From the IMG/VR virus record IMGVR_UViG_3300035682_000007: a DNA stretch of 64,000 nt. One strand, 5' to 3'. The notes under the pieces were generated by a model. The model did no database searches and had not been told where the DNA came from. It saw only the letters and a list, made by a program, of their open reading frames with translations. The translations under genes and the position numbers were made by a program. The stretch comes from an uncultured virus (IMG/VR IMGVR_UViG_3300035682_000007) (lineage: Duplodnaviria; Heunggongvirae; Uroviricota; Caudoviricetes). The first letter of the stretch is position 1; each line of letters opens with the position of its first letter. This document shows, piece after piece, positions 49,423-60,900 of the stretch.

Positions 49423-50475
49423 TTATTTATTTTTTTCTTCTCTATCGATTAACTTTTTAAAAGGTATTAAATACTCTGGATATCGATATTCTCCTATTTC
49501 TTTATCTATTCCATGAATTTTCATCATTTCAAAGACCTTTTTAAATTCCCTATTTTCAGGTAGTAGAGAACCATTTTTAAGTAGTTCTAACGCTCTTATG
49601 CCGTCTTTGGTCATCATAGGTTTAGATAAATTAACCAATTGCTCATTGATTTGATATATCTTCTTACCTTGAACTCCATCTGTTACGCCATCTATGATAT
49701 TTTGTAATACCTTAAGAGGTTTCTGTTTTTGTGCGATTCTTTCTTCTTGTTGTTTACTAGCTTGTTCTATAATTTCATTTAAAGTTACTTTTCTTTCTAT
49801 CAACTCAGGAAAATGTGTTAGTAGTGTTTTTTCACCCAAACCTTTAATTCCTTTAATACTATCTGCTGTATCACCAATCATTGATTTAATCAACATTGAA
49901 TTTTCTTGGTTATGGTGAAAGTACGAAGAATAATTGGTTTTACCAACATAATTTTTAAAATTTAAAAAAAATATTCTTACGTCTTCATTTATTAATTGAG
50001 CCATATCACTATCATTTGTACAGATAGTTATCTTTTCATTTTTGTTTTTGGTAAGACAATAATATGCTATAAAGTCATCACCTTCGATAACTTCATCTTT
50101 TAATTGTCTGATACATAATTCATTTAGATAATCCCAAACGATTCTGCGTTGTTTTAATTCTGATTCGTCAATTGGCTGAGTGCCGTTAATGTAGTCTTTA
50201 CCACGAGCACTTTTGTATGGCTCATATATTTCGTATCTTAATTTGCCACTGAAATTACCATCCCAGAATACATATACTCTGTGATACATTTCTTGTTCTA
50301 GCAACATACGAAGTGTTGTAAGGAATTGATATACCCCACCTATGTGGGTACCATCTTTGTTGTATAATCCTTTAGCACCAGAAAAGCCCCGTTTAAATAG
50401 GGCATTTCCGTCTACTAAAAGTGTGTTTTGAATTTCTTCTCTTATTTCACCATTTTTTGGTGGTCTTTTATTCAT
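49423..50475 (-). CDS. 5'-3' exonuclease / flap endonuclease (T4 RNase H / PolA-N-like)
   Basis: LLVDGN, VFWDG, YKSAR, EGDDFIA, DSDMAQL, GDTADSIKGIKGLGEKT. Confidence 0.93.
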   Translation of the reverse strand: MNKRPPKNGEIREEIQNTLLVDGNALFKRGFSGAKGLYNKDGTHIGGVYQFLTTLRMLLEQEMYHRVYVFWDGNFSGKLRYEIYEPYKSARGKDYINGTQPIDESELKQRRIVWDYLNELCIRQLKDEVIEGDDFIAYYCLTKNKNEKITICTNDSDMAQLINEDVRIFFLNFKNYVGKTNYSSYFHHNQENSMLIKSMIGDTADSIKGIKGLGEKTLLTHFPELIERKVTLNEIIEQASKQQEERIAQKQKPLKVLQNIIDGVTDGVQGKKIYQINEQLVNLSKPMMTKDGIRALELLKNGSLLPENREFKKVFEMMKIHGIDKEIGEYRYPEYLIPFKKLIDREEKNK

Positions 50476-50518
50476 TTTAAACCTTTTAAAGGTTAATACT
50501 TGTTTTTGTTACTATACC

Positions 50519-51637
50519 TTAAAGTTCTCTAGTGTCACCACCTTCTATTTCTCCTTCTGTTTCTTTAAACGTTAATTCTGCATCATAACTAACATTTAAA
50601 GCATCGTGGATAAATTGTCTTTTTTCTTTCTTATAAACATCTAACTCAGTTGGGTTTATAAACCCATGAGGTGTTGATGCTATAACACCGTTTCTTTCAA
50701 TACCAGTTACGTGATTTTTTTCACATCTAATTTTAGCCTCAGTACCAAATTGAAAGTCTTGTCCTAATGCAACAGCTGTTAATTTTTTTGTACCGTGTGT
50801 TAAAATACCACCTATATGAACAATAATTCTAGAATTAAAGAACATAAATTCTCCACCTTTGTGTTTAACAACAGTACCATTCATATTATCTAACCATATT
50901 TTTTGTACACAAATCATTGTGTTGGTATATAAACTGTCAAGGCTTCTGCTTGATGGTATTTTAAAATTAACAATCGCTTGAAAACAATTCATTGCACCAG
51001 CATTCCATTGTGCATTGCTTGAATTTGACGTTGCTGATTTATAACAATTAAGAGTACCAATTGAATCCCAAAGGAAACACATATCTCTTGATATCAGACC
51101 ATTTTCTTGTTTTTGTAACATTTCACTAATAAATAATGAAACATCTTCAATAACTGGTTCACCCCTTGTTGGTTTTGTCGTCATTTTACTAGCTGAATGG
51201 TCATAATTTTTATACATATTGTATAAATCTTTACTCCTAACTAAAATAAAACCATCTGGTTTTTCAATAATTTCACCAGTTTCTTTATCAACAACTTCTT
51301 TGAATTTAACACCTATTTGTTTAGCATGTTCTTTATTCCAGTTACCCTCTGTTTCAATTACAATCGCTAAATCGCCAATTTTTTGACTTCCAGCAATTGC
51401 TTCATAAAACGCTGTTGATTTACCCGTATTTGAATACCCTCTTACTAAAGATAGATAACCACGTGGAAATCCAGGTAATTTTAATGCATCGTGCCATGCT
51501 TTTGATATTGGAACCCAAGATAATTCTTTATCTTTTGGTTCTGAATTTATATTTTCTGATTCTAAAAATGCGTCTAAATCAAATGATACTTTAGCTATTG
51601 CTGGTTTTTCACTTTCTTTTTTTGGTTTTACTGCCAT
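50519..51637 (-). CDS. RecA/UvsX-like recombinase
   Basis: GFPRG...RGYSNTGKST, IETE, WDSIG, KGG, EKNH. Confidence 0.85.
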   Translation of the reverse strand: MAVKPKKESEKPAIAKVSFDLDAFLESENINSEPKDKELSWVPISKAWHDALKLPGFPRGYLSLVRGYSNTGKSTAFYEAIAGSQKIGDLAIVIETEGNWNKEHAKQIGVKFKEVVDKETGEIIEKPDGFILVRSKDLYNMYKNYDHSASKMTTKPTRGEPVIEDVSLFISEMLQKQENGLISRDMCFLWDSIGTLNCYKSATSNSSNAQWNAGAMNCFQAIVNFKIPSSRSLDSLYTNTMICVQKIWLDNMNGTVVKHKGGEFMFFNSRIIVHIGGILTHGTKKLTAVALGQDFQFGTEAKIRCEKNHVTGIERNGVIASTPHGFINPTELDVYKKEKRQFIHDALNVSYDAELTFKETEGEIEGGDTREL

Positions 51638-51669
51638 TTAATTTTTAATTTTATTTCTCGTTATTTTAG

Positions 51670-51703
51670 AAAAAAAAAGAAGCAATTTCTCACTTCTTTT
51701 TTT
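51670..51703 (-). terminator. probable intrinsic terminator after the SSB gene
   Basis: Minus strand GAAGTGA-GAAA-TTGCTTC (two G-U pairs) followed by T9. Confidence 0.7.
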
Positions 51704-51720
51704 ATTATTTAGTACCATTT

Positions 51721-52635
51721 TTAGAATGGGAGGTCATCCTCTTCATCTTGTGTTGTGGTAGATACTGGATTTGTAACTGTTTCAGCTTGTGTTACGTTAG
51801 ATTTAACGTTTTCAACAGCCATAGTTAATTCAGAATCTAATTTAGCATCAGTATTCTCTGATTCAACCATTAATTCTTTAGCTACGAAACATTTATTTTC
51901 TTTATCCCAGATAGGCGTATAACCTCTTACGATAATCGCTAAATAATCATAATTTCTTACTGAATAAACATCTTCCCAAGTTCTTTCATCAGCTAACCAT
52001 TCAGCATATTTGGTTTCATCAGTAGTTAATACATCAGAATCTTGTGCAACGATAGAAGAAATAATTGGAATACCAGTTTGATTTCTATTAATCATAATAG
52101 TTAAATCACGACCTTCAGTTGGACTTGAAATGTTTTTGTTTTTCTTAAGACCAGCAACAACACCATGAATTAAATCGAAAGCACCTTTCTTAGTGTAATC
52201 GTTGTTAAATCTCCAAAACTTAACTCCTTCATCTTCGTTATTTCTATCGATAATTTTAGCAATATACATTTTTTTAGGATTGTATTTTTTCGCTAATTCT
52301 TTGTCACCAGCATCGCCAGTTGCAAGTAAAGCTTCACGAGCTTCACAGAAAGGACATGCAGTACCTTTTTCGTGTTGTAAACATGGGAATGTTTTCTTTT
52401 GTCCATCGACAATAGCCGTGTGGCCATAAAATTCAACTAACGGAGAACCACCTTTTGGGTTTGGTAAGATTCTGATTTCTTTAGTTTTAGATTGTTCATC
52501 TTTTTCTAAATCGTAAGTTGTAAAATAATTTTTTAAATCATACGTTTTAGCGGTTTCGCTTTTTTCGTACTTTGGTTTGTTGTTAGCTTCATACTGTGCC
52601 AACATTGCCGTTAAGGCATCTTGTTCATTACTCAT
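51721..52635 (-). CDS. gp32-like single-stranded DNA-binding protein
   Basis: IRILP, H...C...CPFCE, GRDLTI, acidic tail EEDDLPF. Confidence 0.88.
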   Translation of the reverse strand: MSNEQDALTAMLAQYEANNKPKYEKSETAKTYDLKNYFTTYDLEKDEQSKTKEIRILPNPKGGSPLVEFYGHTAIVDGQKKTFPCLQHEKGTACPFCEAREALLATGDAGDKELAKKYNPKKMYIAKIIDRNNEDEGVKFWRFNNDYTKKGAFDLIHGVVAGLKKNKNISSPTEGRDLTIMINRNQTGIPIISSIVAQDSDVLTTDETKYAEWLADERTWEDVYSVRNYDYLAIIVRGYTPIWDKENKCFVAKELMVESENTDAKLDSELTMAVENVKSNVTQAETVTNPVSTTTQDEEDDLPF

Positions 52636-52701
52636 TGTTTCTAAATTTATTTAATTAATTGTTATTTTTCTAAGTTATTTTTCTAAATTCTTTTTGATAT
52701 A

Positions 52702-52814
52702 CAAATATACTAAAAATTTTCAAAAAGTCAAGTGATTTATTCACTTATTTTTATTAATTGTGATTATTAAATCTTAATTTTTACAAAACTACAACTAATA
52801 ATTACATTTAACAA
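52702..52814 (-). promoter_or_regulatory. two tandem Bacteroidota-type promoters heading the replication operon
   Basis: TATATTTG 52709-52702 with TTG 19 nt upstream; TAGTTTTG 52791-52784 with TTG 20 nt upstream. Confidence 0.75.
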
Positions 52815-52843
52815 GTTTTTATTTTTATTTTTTTAAATAAAAT

Positions 52844-52869
52844 AAAAAACCCTTGATTATCAAGGGTTT
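52844..52869 (-). terminator. intrinsic terminator
   Basis: AAACCCTTGA / TCAAGGGTTT stem followed by a T-run on the minus strand. Confidence 0.85.
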
Positions 52870-52891
52870 AGTTAATATAATTAATTTATTA

Positions 52892-53686
52892 TTAAATATC
52901 TTCTTCTTCATATTCATCTGGTTTTACAGCAAAGCTTTGTTTAATATCGTTTTCACTATAATCGTAATCAACAGTATCTTTATCCAATACATATTCTTCT
53001 TTTTTATCATTACCCATTACATCATATGCACCATGTTTATCAGCCCAATAATCTGTTAATTTTTGAGTGTAAGGACCTGAATGTAATGATTGCATTTCTA
53101 ATTTTTCAACGTTGGTTGGGTTTCTTTTCACTATTTCTTTTTCAAGAGCATCAATTTTACCACTAACAGCATCCATACTAGCAATACGTGATTCTAAATC
53201 TTCTAATTTTTTCATAAGAAGTTTAGTATTGTGACTTGCTTTATCAGCAGCACTTTTAGCTTCATCAGTTGAATCAACTAAATCAGTTACATCTAATTCA
53301 ACTTCATCACCTGCTGGTTCTTCCATAGGAACTTCAGGAGCAGCTGGTGTTGGTTCCATAGGTGGTTCTGGAGCTGGTACTTCTTCAGCATTAGCTGGGT
53401 TTGGTTCAGCTGGAGGAAGTGCAGCATCACCTGCTTGAGCATCGCCACCAAAATCTGCTGGTGCGGCTGCTTCTTCACCTGGAGGTGGAACACCTAAATC
53501 TTTTGCAATTGCATCACCTGCAGCTTCTGGGTCTTCATCAGCTTCATCTAAATAAGGACTATTACCTAATATCAGGTCGTCATCATCTAAATTTCTTTCA
53601 CGCATACCAAAAGAATATTCATTAATAGATTTAAATCTATTAAGTTCTTCTTTAAGTAATTCTGGGTTAAATTTTGTTTTCTTCAT
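52892..53686 (-). CDS. acidic Pro/Ala-rich coiled-coil protein, possibly head-assembly or internal protein
   Basis: Low-complexity P/A/E/D linker followed by a coiled coil; function inferred only. Confidence 0.6.
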   Translation of the reverse strand: MKKTKFNPELLKEELNRFKSINEYSFGMRERNLDDDDLILGNSPYLDEADEDPEAAGDAIAKDLGVPPPGEEAAAPADFGGDAQAGDAALPPAEPNPANAEEVPAPEPPMEPTPAAPEVPMEEPAGDEVELDVTDLVDSTDEAKSAADKASHNTKLLMKKLEDLESRIASMDAVSGKIDALEKEIVKRNPTNVEKLEMQSLHSGPYTQKLTDYWADKHGAYDVMGNDKKEEYVLDKDTVDYDYSENDIKQSFAVKPDEYEEEDI

Positions 53687-53868
53687 TAGAATAATAATTG
53701 TCTACCATCTTCTGTTATGATTTTTTTGTTGATTCTTTCAACTAGGCTTTTATCACCTTTAATCACACAAACACCTGATGTACAATCCATGTTTGGGTCT
53801 TTACTTTCATTATTTAAAAAACCTTCTAAGGCTTTATCTAATTTTTCGTTTTTAATATCTTTTTCCAT
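53686..53868 (-). CDS. hypothetical protein (60 aa)
   Basis: Coupled ORF; ATATTTAT at 53900-53907 upstream. Confidence 0.7.
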   Translation of the reverse strand: MEKDIKNEKLDKALEGFLNNESKDPNMDCTSGVCVIKGDKSLVERINKKIITEDGRQLLF

Positions 53869-53917
53869 AACTAATTTATTTAAGTTTGTTATTTTATATA
53901 TAAATATCGAGAAATGA

Positions 53918-54319
53918 TTAAAAAACTCTACTTATATTTAAAATCTTAACTTCTTTATCTTTAAGTAGTATAAATTTATCTTGATATTCTTCCCAATTGA
54001 TTTTAATTTCTTTATAATCTATATTACCAATAGATGTTTCTGTTTTTTCTTCAATTAGTTTATTTAACGCATTTATAGTATATAATGCATTACCTTTTTT
54101 ATGGATAATAACTGCACTAGGGAATAATTCTTTAAAATTTAATGATTTATCGTCTGGTATTGTAATTTTGAAGGTTAGTATAAGTTTTGATTCATCTTCA
54201 TTATCTTTATAGCAGAATACTTTTTCTTTACCGATAAAAAATTTAGCTTCTAAATAACTTAGAAACCATTCAACTCTTTCTGGGAAAATAAATGATGCTA
54301 GTAGGTTTGTTTTACTCAT
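53918..54319 (-). CDS. hypothetical protein (133 aa)
   Basis: Overlaps the upstream gene. Confidence 0.7.
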   Translation of the reverse strand: MSKTNLLASFIFPERVEWFLSYLEAKFFIGKEKVFCYKDNEDESKLILTFKITIPDDKSLNFKELFPSAVIIHKKGNALYTINALNKLIEEKTETSIGNIDYKEIKINWEEYQDKFILLKDKEVKILNISRVF

Positions 54320-54911
54320 TGATTATTGATACTAAATATGGAATATATCGAGCTTGAAGGTCCATTTCTTCTAAGTTCTTTTTATATTCTATAAGTATCT
54401 CATCATCTGTCAAAAAGACATTACTAATCGATTTAATTTTTGTAATTAATTTCTTATTATCCATTCCAACATATCTAGTTAATTTTAAATCTATTCCAAA
54501 TATTAAATTATCACTATAAATATATATCATATCATTATGAATATATGTGGTAATATGTTTAAATTCACGTATTTTTTGGATAACACGTTTAAGAGTTCTG
54601 GTTTTATTTTGAATAAGGTCAATAAAATAGTAGGTTACGCCTTTAAGTAAATCATAATAAACTTTATTAATGAAAAAGTTTAAATCTTCAGCATATTTGT
54701 CACGTTTCTGAGTTTTTTTAAATGTCCAATAAACATTTGGTGCTAAACAAATATCTGTAATGTCAAAATCAGGGTATAGTTTATCAGCATGGTTTAGACC
54801 TACTATTAAAGTAGGAAGACCATGTTGTATTTCATCCATGGTCTTTACTACATTAAAAATTTCCGAAACGTCTATTGTATTATCTGAAACTATGTTTGCA
54901 ATCTTTTTCAT
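54312..54911 (-). CDS. hypothetical protein (199 aa)
   Basis: ORF with its own sigma70-type promoter. Confidence 0.7.
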   Translation of the reverse strand: MKKIANIVSDNTIDVSEIFNVVKTMDEIQHGLPTLIVGLNHADKLYPDFDITDICLAPNVYWTFKKTQKRDKYAEDLNFFINKVYYDLLKGVTYYFIDLIQNKTRTLKRVIQKIREFKHITTYIHNDMIYIYSDNLIFGIDLKLTRYVGMDNKKLITKIKSISNVFLTDDEILIEYKKNLEEMDLQARYIPYLVSIINE

Positions 54912-54915
54912 TTTG

Positions 54916-54946
54916 CAAATGTACTAAATTATTTTTAAATATCAAA
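54916..54946 (-). promoter_or_regulatory. Bacteroidota-type promoter
   Basis: TTTG 54946-54943, 19 nt, TACATTTG 54923-54916. Confidence 0.75.
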
Positions 54947-57900
54947 TTTCTTTAGGAAAATACCATTTTTTAGTTTTAATCATATTACTAATGTCAGTTG
55001 CATATGTGACTCTTTTATTATATGTATTATCTATTTTATTCATCTGCGTTAATCTTTTTTCAACTTGTTCTGAAGTAAAACTACTCATCCCTAAACTACC
55101 ACTTTCATAAGTAATATAAAATATCTTAGTAGCATTTGCAATATCAGTATTTGATGCTAAATTTTTACCAGTATATTTCCAACTACCATTTAATTCATAT
55201 TTTAAATATTGTATTTGGTCTTTATATGATGTTTTATCTAAATTATTAGTTTTTAACCAATTTAAAAGGTTTGTTTTTCTTTCGTTAACCCATTGTACTA
55301 ATCCATAATCACCACCATCAGAATTTAATGCTGTTGGTTTGAATTTACTTTCTTGATAAATATTACCCATAATGGCAGCAATTGCCACATCACCATATCC
55401 TAATTGTTTTTTTAATTCTTCATATATAAGTTTAGTTTCTATTTGTTCTCCGTTATCTACTGTTCCTTGGTCATTTTTAGTAAAAACATATTTACAACCA
55501 TTATAAATAGCTGGTTTTCCGTCTTTACCTTTTGGATTTTTAACAATATCAATTTTTTGTGTTTGTCTTGGTAAAATTGTAGTCTTATATCCACCAACAG
55601 TTAGTGGGTTAGTTTCCATTATACATTTAGCGGCAGTACCATGATATTCATAATGCCAATATTCATTATATTTTCCTTTACCATCTCTAATACCAAAAGG
55701 TGATGCAAAACCATATTTCCATGAATTAGCTAATAACCATTCTAATGCTGGGTTATTTGCAATTTTAAACCATTTTAAATTTTGTTCTGTTGGAATTAAA
55801 TTACCTTTTTTATCTGCCATTTTAAAATCTATAGCAATACCGTATTGGTGGTAAGAAACTCCTGGTGCTTTATTAGCACCTGAGTTTGCTTGGTCTTCAG
55901 GACTTCTAAAAGCTGATGTTATTTGAGCATAATACGTGTTATTATCATTAGGGTATTTAAATCCACTAAATCCAGCTTCATTTTTCATCCAATCAACCCA
56001 TGCCTTCAACATTTCTTCTAGTGGTTTAATTGCTTCACTTATTAATCTATTTTTACTAGTACTTGATGATATTTGACTTCTAATTCCAGGTATTGCTGGT
56101 ATAGCTGTCATAGTTATATAACCAGCTTCAATATTAGATGGTATACCACCATTTTCATCAATTGTACCAATAATAGGTGGTACACTTTTACTACCAACAG
56201 TACCAGTTGCATTACTAGCATTTGCTGAAAGTTCCATACTATCTAACATTCCCATATAAAAATCAGAACCACTTAATAATTCAGTTTTTGGGTATCTAAC
56301 CCTAACACCATTAAATGTTGTTAACATGTGGTTTGGTTTTATCGAGTGTTTTACACGTGTAATAAGATATGCACCATGAAACATAGGGATATTATTTAAT
56401 TGAAAATGCATCATTGGTTGAATCATCGCATTCCCCATCATTTCAACTTCAGCCTTGTAACTTCTAACAGAATAAACACTATATATGTTCTGACCACCAA
56501 GACTTATATTATTTTCAGAAGCTGTATGTGTTATGGAGTCAGTTATTTTTAATGATTCATCAGTTTCACCAAATTCACTTTGGTCAAGTGTTATATCTTT
56601 AAATATATTTTGATTTTGTTGTGAATAATTTACTGAAAATACAGCAACATCATTTTCATAATCATTACTACTACCAACAAAATCAGATGGGACATCTAAA
56701 ATATCTTTACCAGATGGACCAACACATTGAAAATCAACACCATCATTTGGATATTCTGATTCTGAAAAATCTAAGTGTTTTGAAGATTCACCAGCATATA
56801 CACTAACAAAACTAGGTCCACATACAGCATTTTTTATTTCATTATAATTAGGATAAGTATCAAACATTGACGCTAATGTATCTGGGTCATTATAATTAAT
56901 AAATGTTGGTAATGGTATAAACGTGAAATGATTTGATGCTAATAATTGACTAATGGCATCAAATATTGATGTATTAGGGGTATTCATTAAATAATCATTA
57001 ACTGGTACAGGATTCATATAAAATAATTTACCTATATCATTAAATGCTCTATCAACAAACCTAAAACTATCAATTAATCTAGTTTTAGTGTCATTTGGTC
57101 GATATTTTTTTTGTAAACCTGTATCAACGGTATTTGTTACACCACCACACTGAAAAATAATATTATTTGCATTATCAACACCAGCAAGCCATTTATCATT
57201 TATATTTTTACATGTTTTATATAATTGAAATTTAATTGCATCGGTATCACTAGTTCCAAATATTTCTATTTCTGCTTTTGCTATATCAGCATTTATTGCA
57301 TTTGTGAACCATTTATCATTTATTATTTTAATTGCTGTATTAAAATAAGCATCAAAATTTGTTTTATTGGTCTTTACTGGGGCATATTGTTCTTTTGAGA
57401 TTACAGGGTCTTTCCAAATTTGAAAACCAGTGTTAGCTAATATAACTTCTTCATTCATCATAGCAACAATCATACCTACTGGTGATGTTAAATCATTTGC
57501 ATAACCATTAAGCATTAAGTTTATTTGACCAAAATCTTTTCCATCAGAATTTTTAAAATTTTCATCACCAATTAATGGTACCATCCATTGGTATTTATCA
57601 ACATTATGTAAATTTCCTGTTATACTAGTAGTCTTAATATAATTAATACCATCAATTTCTTGTGCTTCGTTTTCGTCTTCTATATGTTTTTGGATTTCAC
57701 CCCATTTTTTATCAAATGTTTCTAATTTTCCATCTGAAACTATTTGAAGCATATCATTTAATGTATTAAAATCTAAATCACTTTCACTATTATCACCTTG
57801 TATTGTAGAATTTTTATGTACAAAATTAAAAAATATGTTTTTAAAAACATTTCTTACATTATAGGGTAATGCAAATAATACATAGGGTAAATCAGTATAA

Positions 57901-60900
57901 TCATCAATAGATGTTGCATATACTAACATTTTACTAATATCTTTATTGATTAGTGGTTTTTGATAATCATTTATACCAAGATAACCACGTCTATATGGGT
58001 GATATATATCAACAACGTTTTTATTTTTATCACCTTTAGCAAATTTTAAAGGGTCACTAGCACCAGCACCAGAATTAGCATCATTTATTAAACCATCTGA
58101 ATCCAATTTTACATCACCAGCATCTCTCCTCCATATTAAACCTCCAACATATGCTGCCCATAATCTAGGAACATGTATAAAACCATTTCTTATATTAAAT
58201 AATTGTTTAATTTCTGGTTTTTCAAAAGGCATACCATTCCATGGGAGAGTACTTAAAAATAATAAAGCTTTAGAATATAATGGAAAATCAGATGTACTTT
58301 GAGCATAATAAAATCTACTACCAAATAAACTATAATTAAAGTTTGATTTTCCAATATATAAAGGTGATTCATCAATATTATAAATAGCATCCGAATAAGT
58401 TGCATCAACAAATGGATATGAAGTTGTTTTTAAATCTAGATTAGCCATTATTGACCAATTACTACCAATTTTATCAAATTTATTTTGAAAAGCTTTATCT
58501 CTTATTTTTGTTGGGTCCCACCAATTCAAAGTTATTCCACCATAATCATAATATGGGCTAAGACCTTTATTAAAATTAATTAAATCATAAGATGTTGTTG
58601 AACCTTTTATTAAAGCTAAACCTATTAGACTTTCTTCTTTATAAAATAAATTTCTTAATTTTAAATCTTTTAAGGTGTCATCACCCCAATCCATATTTAC
58701 AAATTCTTGCATACCATGTATTCCACCAAAAGGGTTAAAATTAGCATCAATCACTTGTTTAGGTGTTGTTAAAATTTTTTTAATTTTTTCAAGTATTATA
58801 TAATTATCATCTATTTTAACATTTGCTGGTTTAACACTAGTATCTAAATTTGGTGTGTTATTAAATTCTGAAGATTTGATTTCTTTTAAATAAATAGCAC
58901 CATCATCAGTATTTTTGTAATTGTTACTATAATAAATAAAAGTTTCCCCATTATCCATCTTTAAAGTTTTTTTCTCTACACTATTTTTGTAATTACTTAA
59001 AAATATAGTATCAGTACCACTATTTACATAATGTTTTTCATCTTGGGTATTATAATCCCATATTCCTGAAAAACCATCACTAATTGGTAAAATAATTTGA
59101 CCTTCTACTTGATTAGTGGGTGGTGCATACCCTATATAATCATATTTATACTTATCATCAATAAAAAACTTTCCATCTGGTGATTGGTTTTTAGTTATTG
59201 CATCACCCCTTAATTGAAAAAAATTATCTGGTGTTTTATAATTATTAAATATCGTATGTTTAATGTTAGTATCTTCAATAGTATTAATCATTGTCATGGT
59301 ATCTATTTCAGCCATTTCTTGTATTTCAGTAATATCTAATAAATCATTATAACCTAAAAAAGTCATAGCTCTAATTAACATTAAATTAACTATTTCTTTT
59401 TCTGATGAAAATCCATTTTTACCGATTCTAGCATAAGGTGTTGTTGGTACAAATAACTTACTGTCTGCTGGATTTACTGGAAACCAACTATTTTCTGCTT
59501 GATTTGTAATATTTATAGCATTTTCAGTTTGTTGTTCAGCTTTTATAAAACCATTTAATAAATCTTCTATAAATGCTATTTCATTTACATCCGATGGTTT
59601 TTCCAATATTGGTGTTGGTTTTAAAGAACCTAAATATTTTTCAACATAACTTTCTTTATTATCTACAGTTTTTGCTTCTCTATAACCAGGCCATGAAAGA
59701 ATATGTTTATCAGTATCTTTTACATTTTTGATATCAACACTTTTTTGGTTTTGAAATTTTTTATTAATTTGGATATTTCTTAATCCACTTGAATCTTGTT
59801 CTGCCTCACTTGAAACTTGATATATTGATTCCATAAATACTTCAACTGCTGTTGTAAAAATTTCAATTATGTTTCTAATTGTAGGGTCTAAACCAAGTTT
59901 AGTTTTAATATTTTTTCTAACTGCTTCACCTAGATTTTTTTCAGCTATTTTTTGTGATTCCTCTAATAAGGGTCTAATTCTATTTATTTCAGCAAAAGCG
60001 TATGTTAAATTCCATGATTCAAATTTTGTTGTATCAGTCATTACACCAGTAAGGTTATTATCAACATTATGGATATATTCTATTATTTGATAACCTACAG
60101 TACTAGAAGAATTTTGAGTATTCTTAATAATTTCATTTAATCCATCTACTGTAGTCTCACCAAGATAAGAATAAGAACCATATGATATATCAAAAAATGT
60201 AGTATTTATTTGTATATTTGAATTTGTATTAAAATCTGTTAATAATTTATCAATATTTGTTTTATAATCAGCAATGTATGTATTAGCTTTTGTTTCATGA
60301 ACACTTGGTTTAATAATATAATTAAAATTAAGTGGTAAATTTGTTTGTCTTATATCTAATTGACTACCTAATCCAGTTATAGCATCTTTTATATCGTTAA
60401 GTTTTGATATTTTATCTTTAGTATTTGTTATTTCTATAGCGTTAACATCGTCAGCGGCTAATTTTTTAACATCTCCATTAATATTAGAGATAGCAATCAT
60501 TAAATCAGTTAAAGTCATAATTTTACCTAATCCATCTAAATTCCTAACATTATTAATATCCTGATATTTTTGTCCACCAATTGTAGTAAATGGAATTGCT
60601 TTAAGATATCCAATAAGCATATCAGACATCATAGCATATGTAAAACCAATAAAATTAGCAGTAATTTCAAAATTACCAGTTTGAGAATTAAATTTAGAAT
60701 TAAATTTTGTCATATGTAGACAATATTCAACAGGTAAACCATAATATCCTTTAATTGTTAATCTAAATAAAGGATATGGTAATTGAAAAAATGTAGAATA
60801 TTTATTTTTTCCACCTGTAATATTTGCTTCATTTTGAAATATAGCTGACCCTCTCACATCAATAAAATTGATTGTGATTAATGGTGCTTGTTGCGAATTA

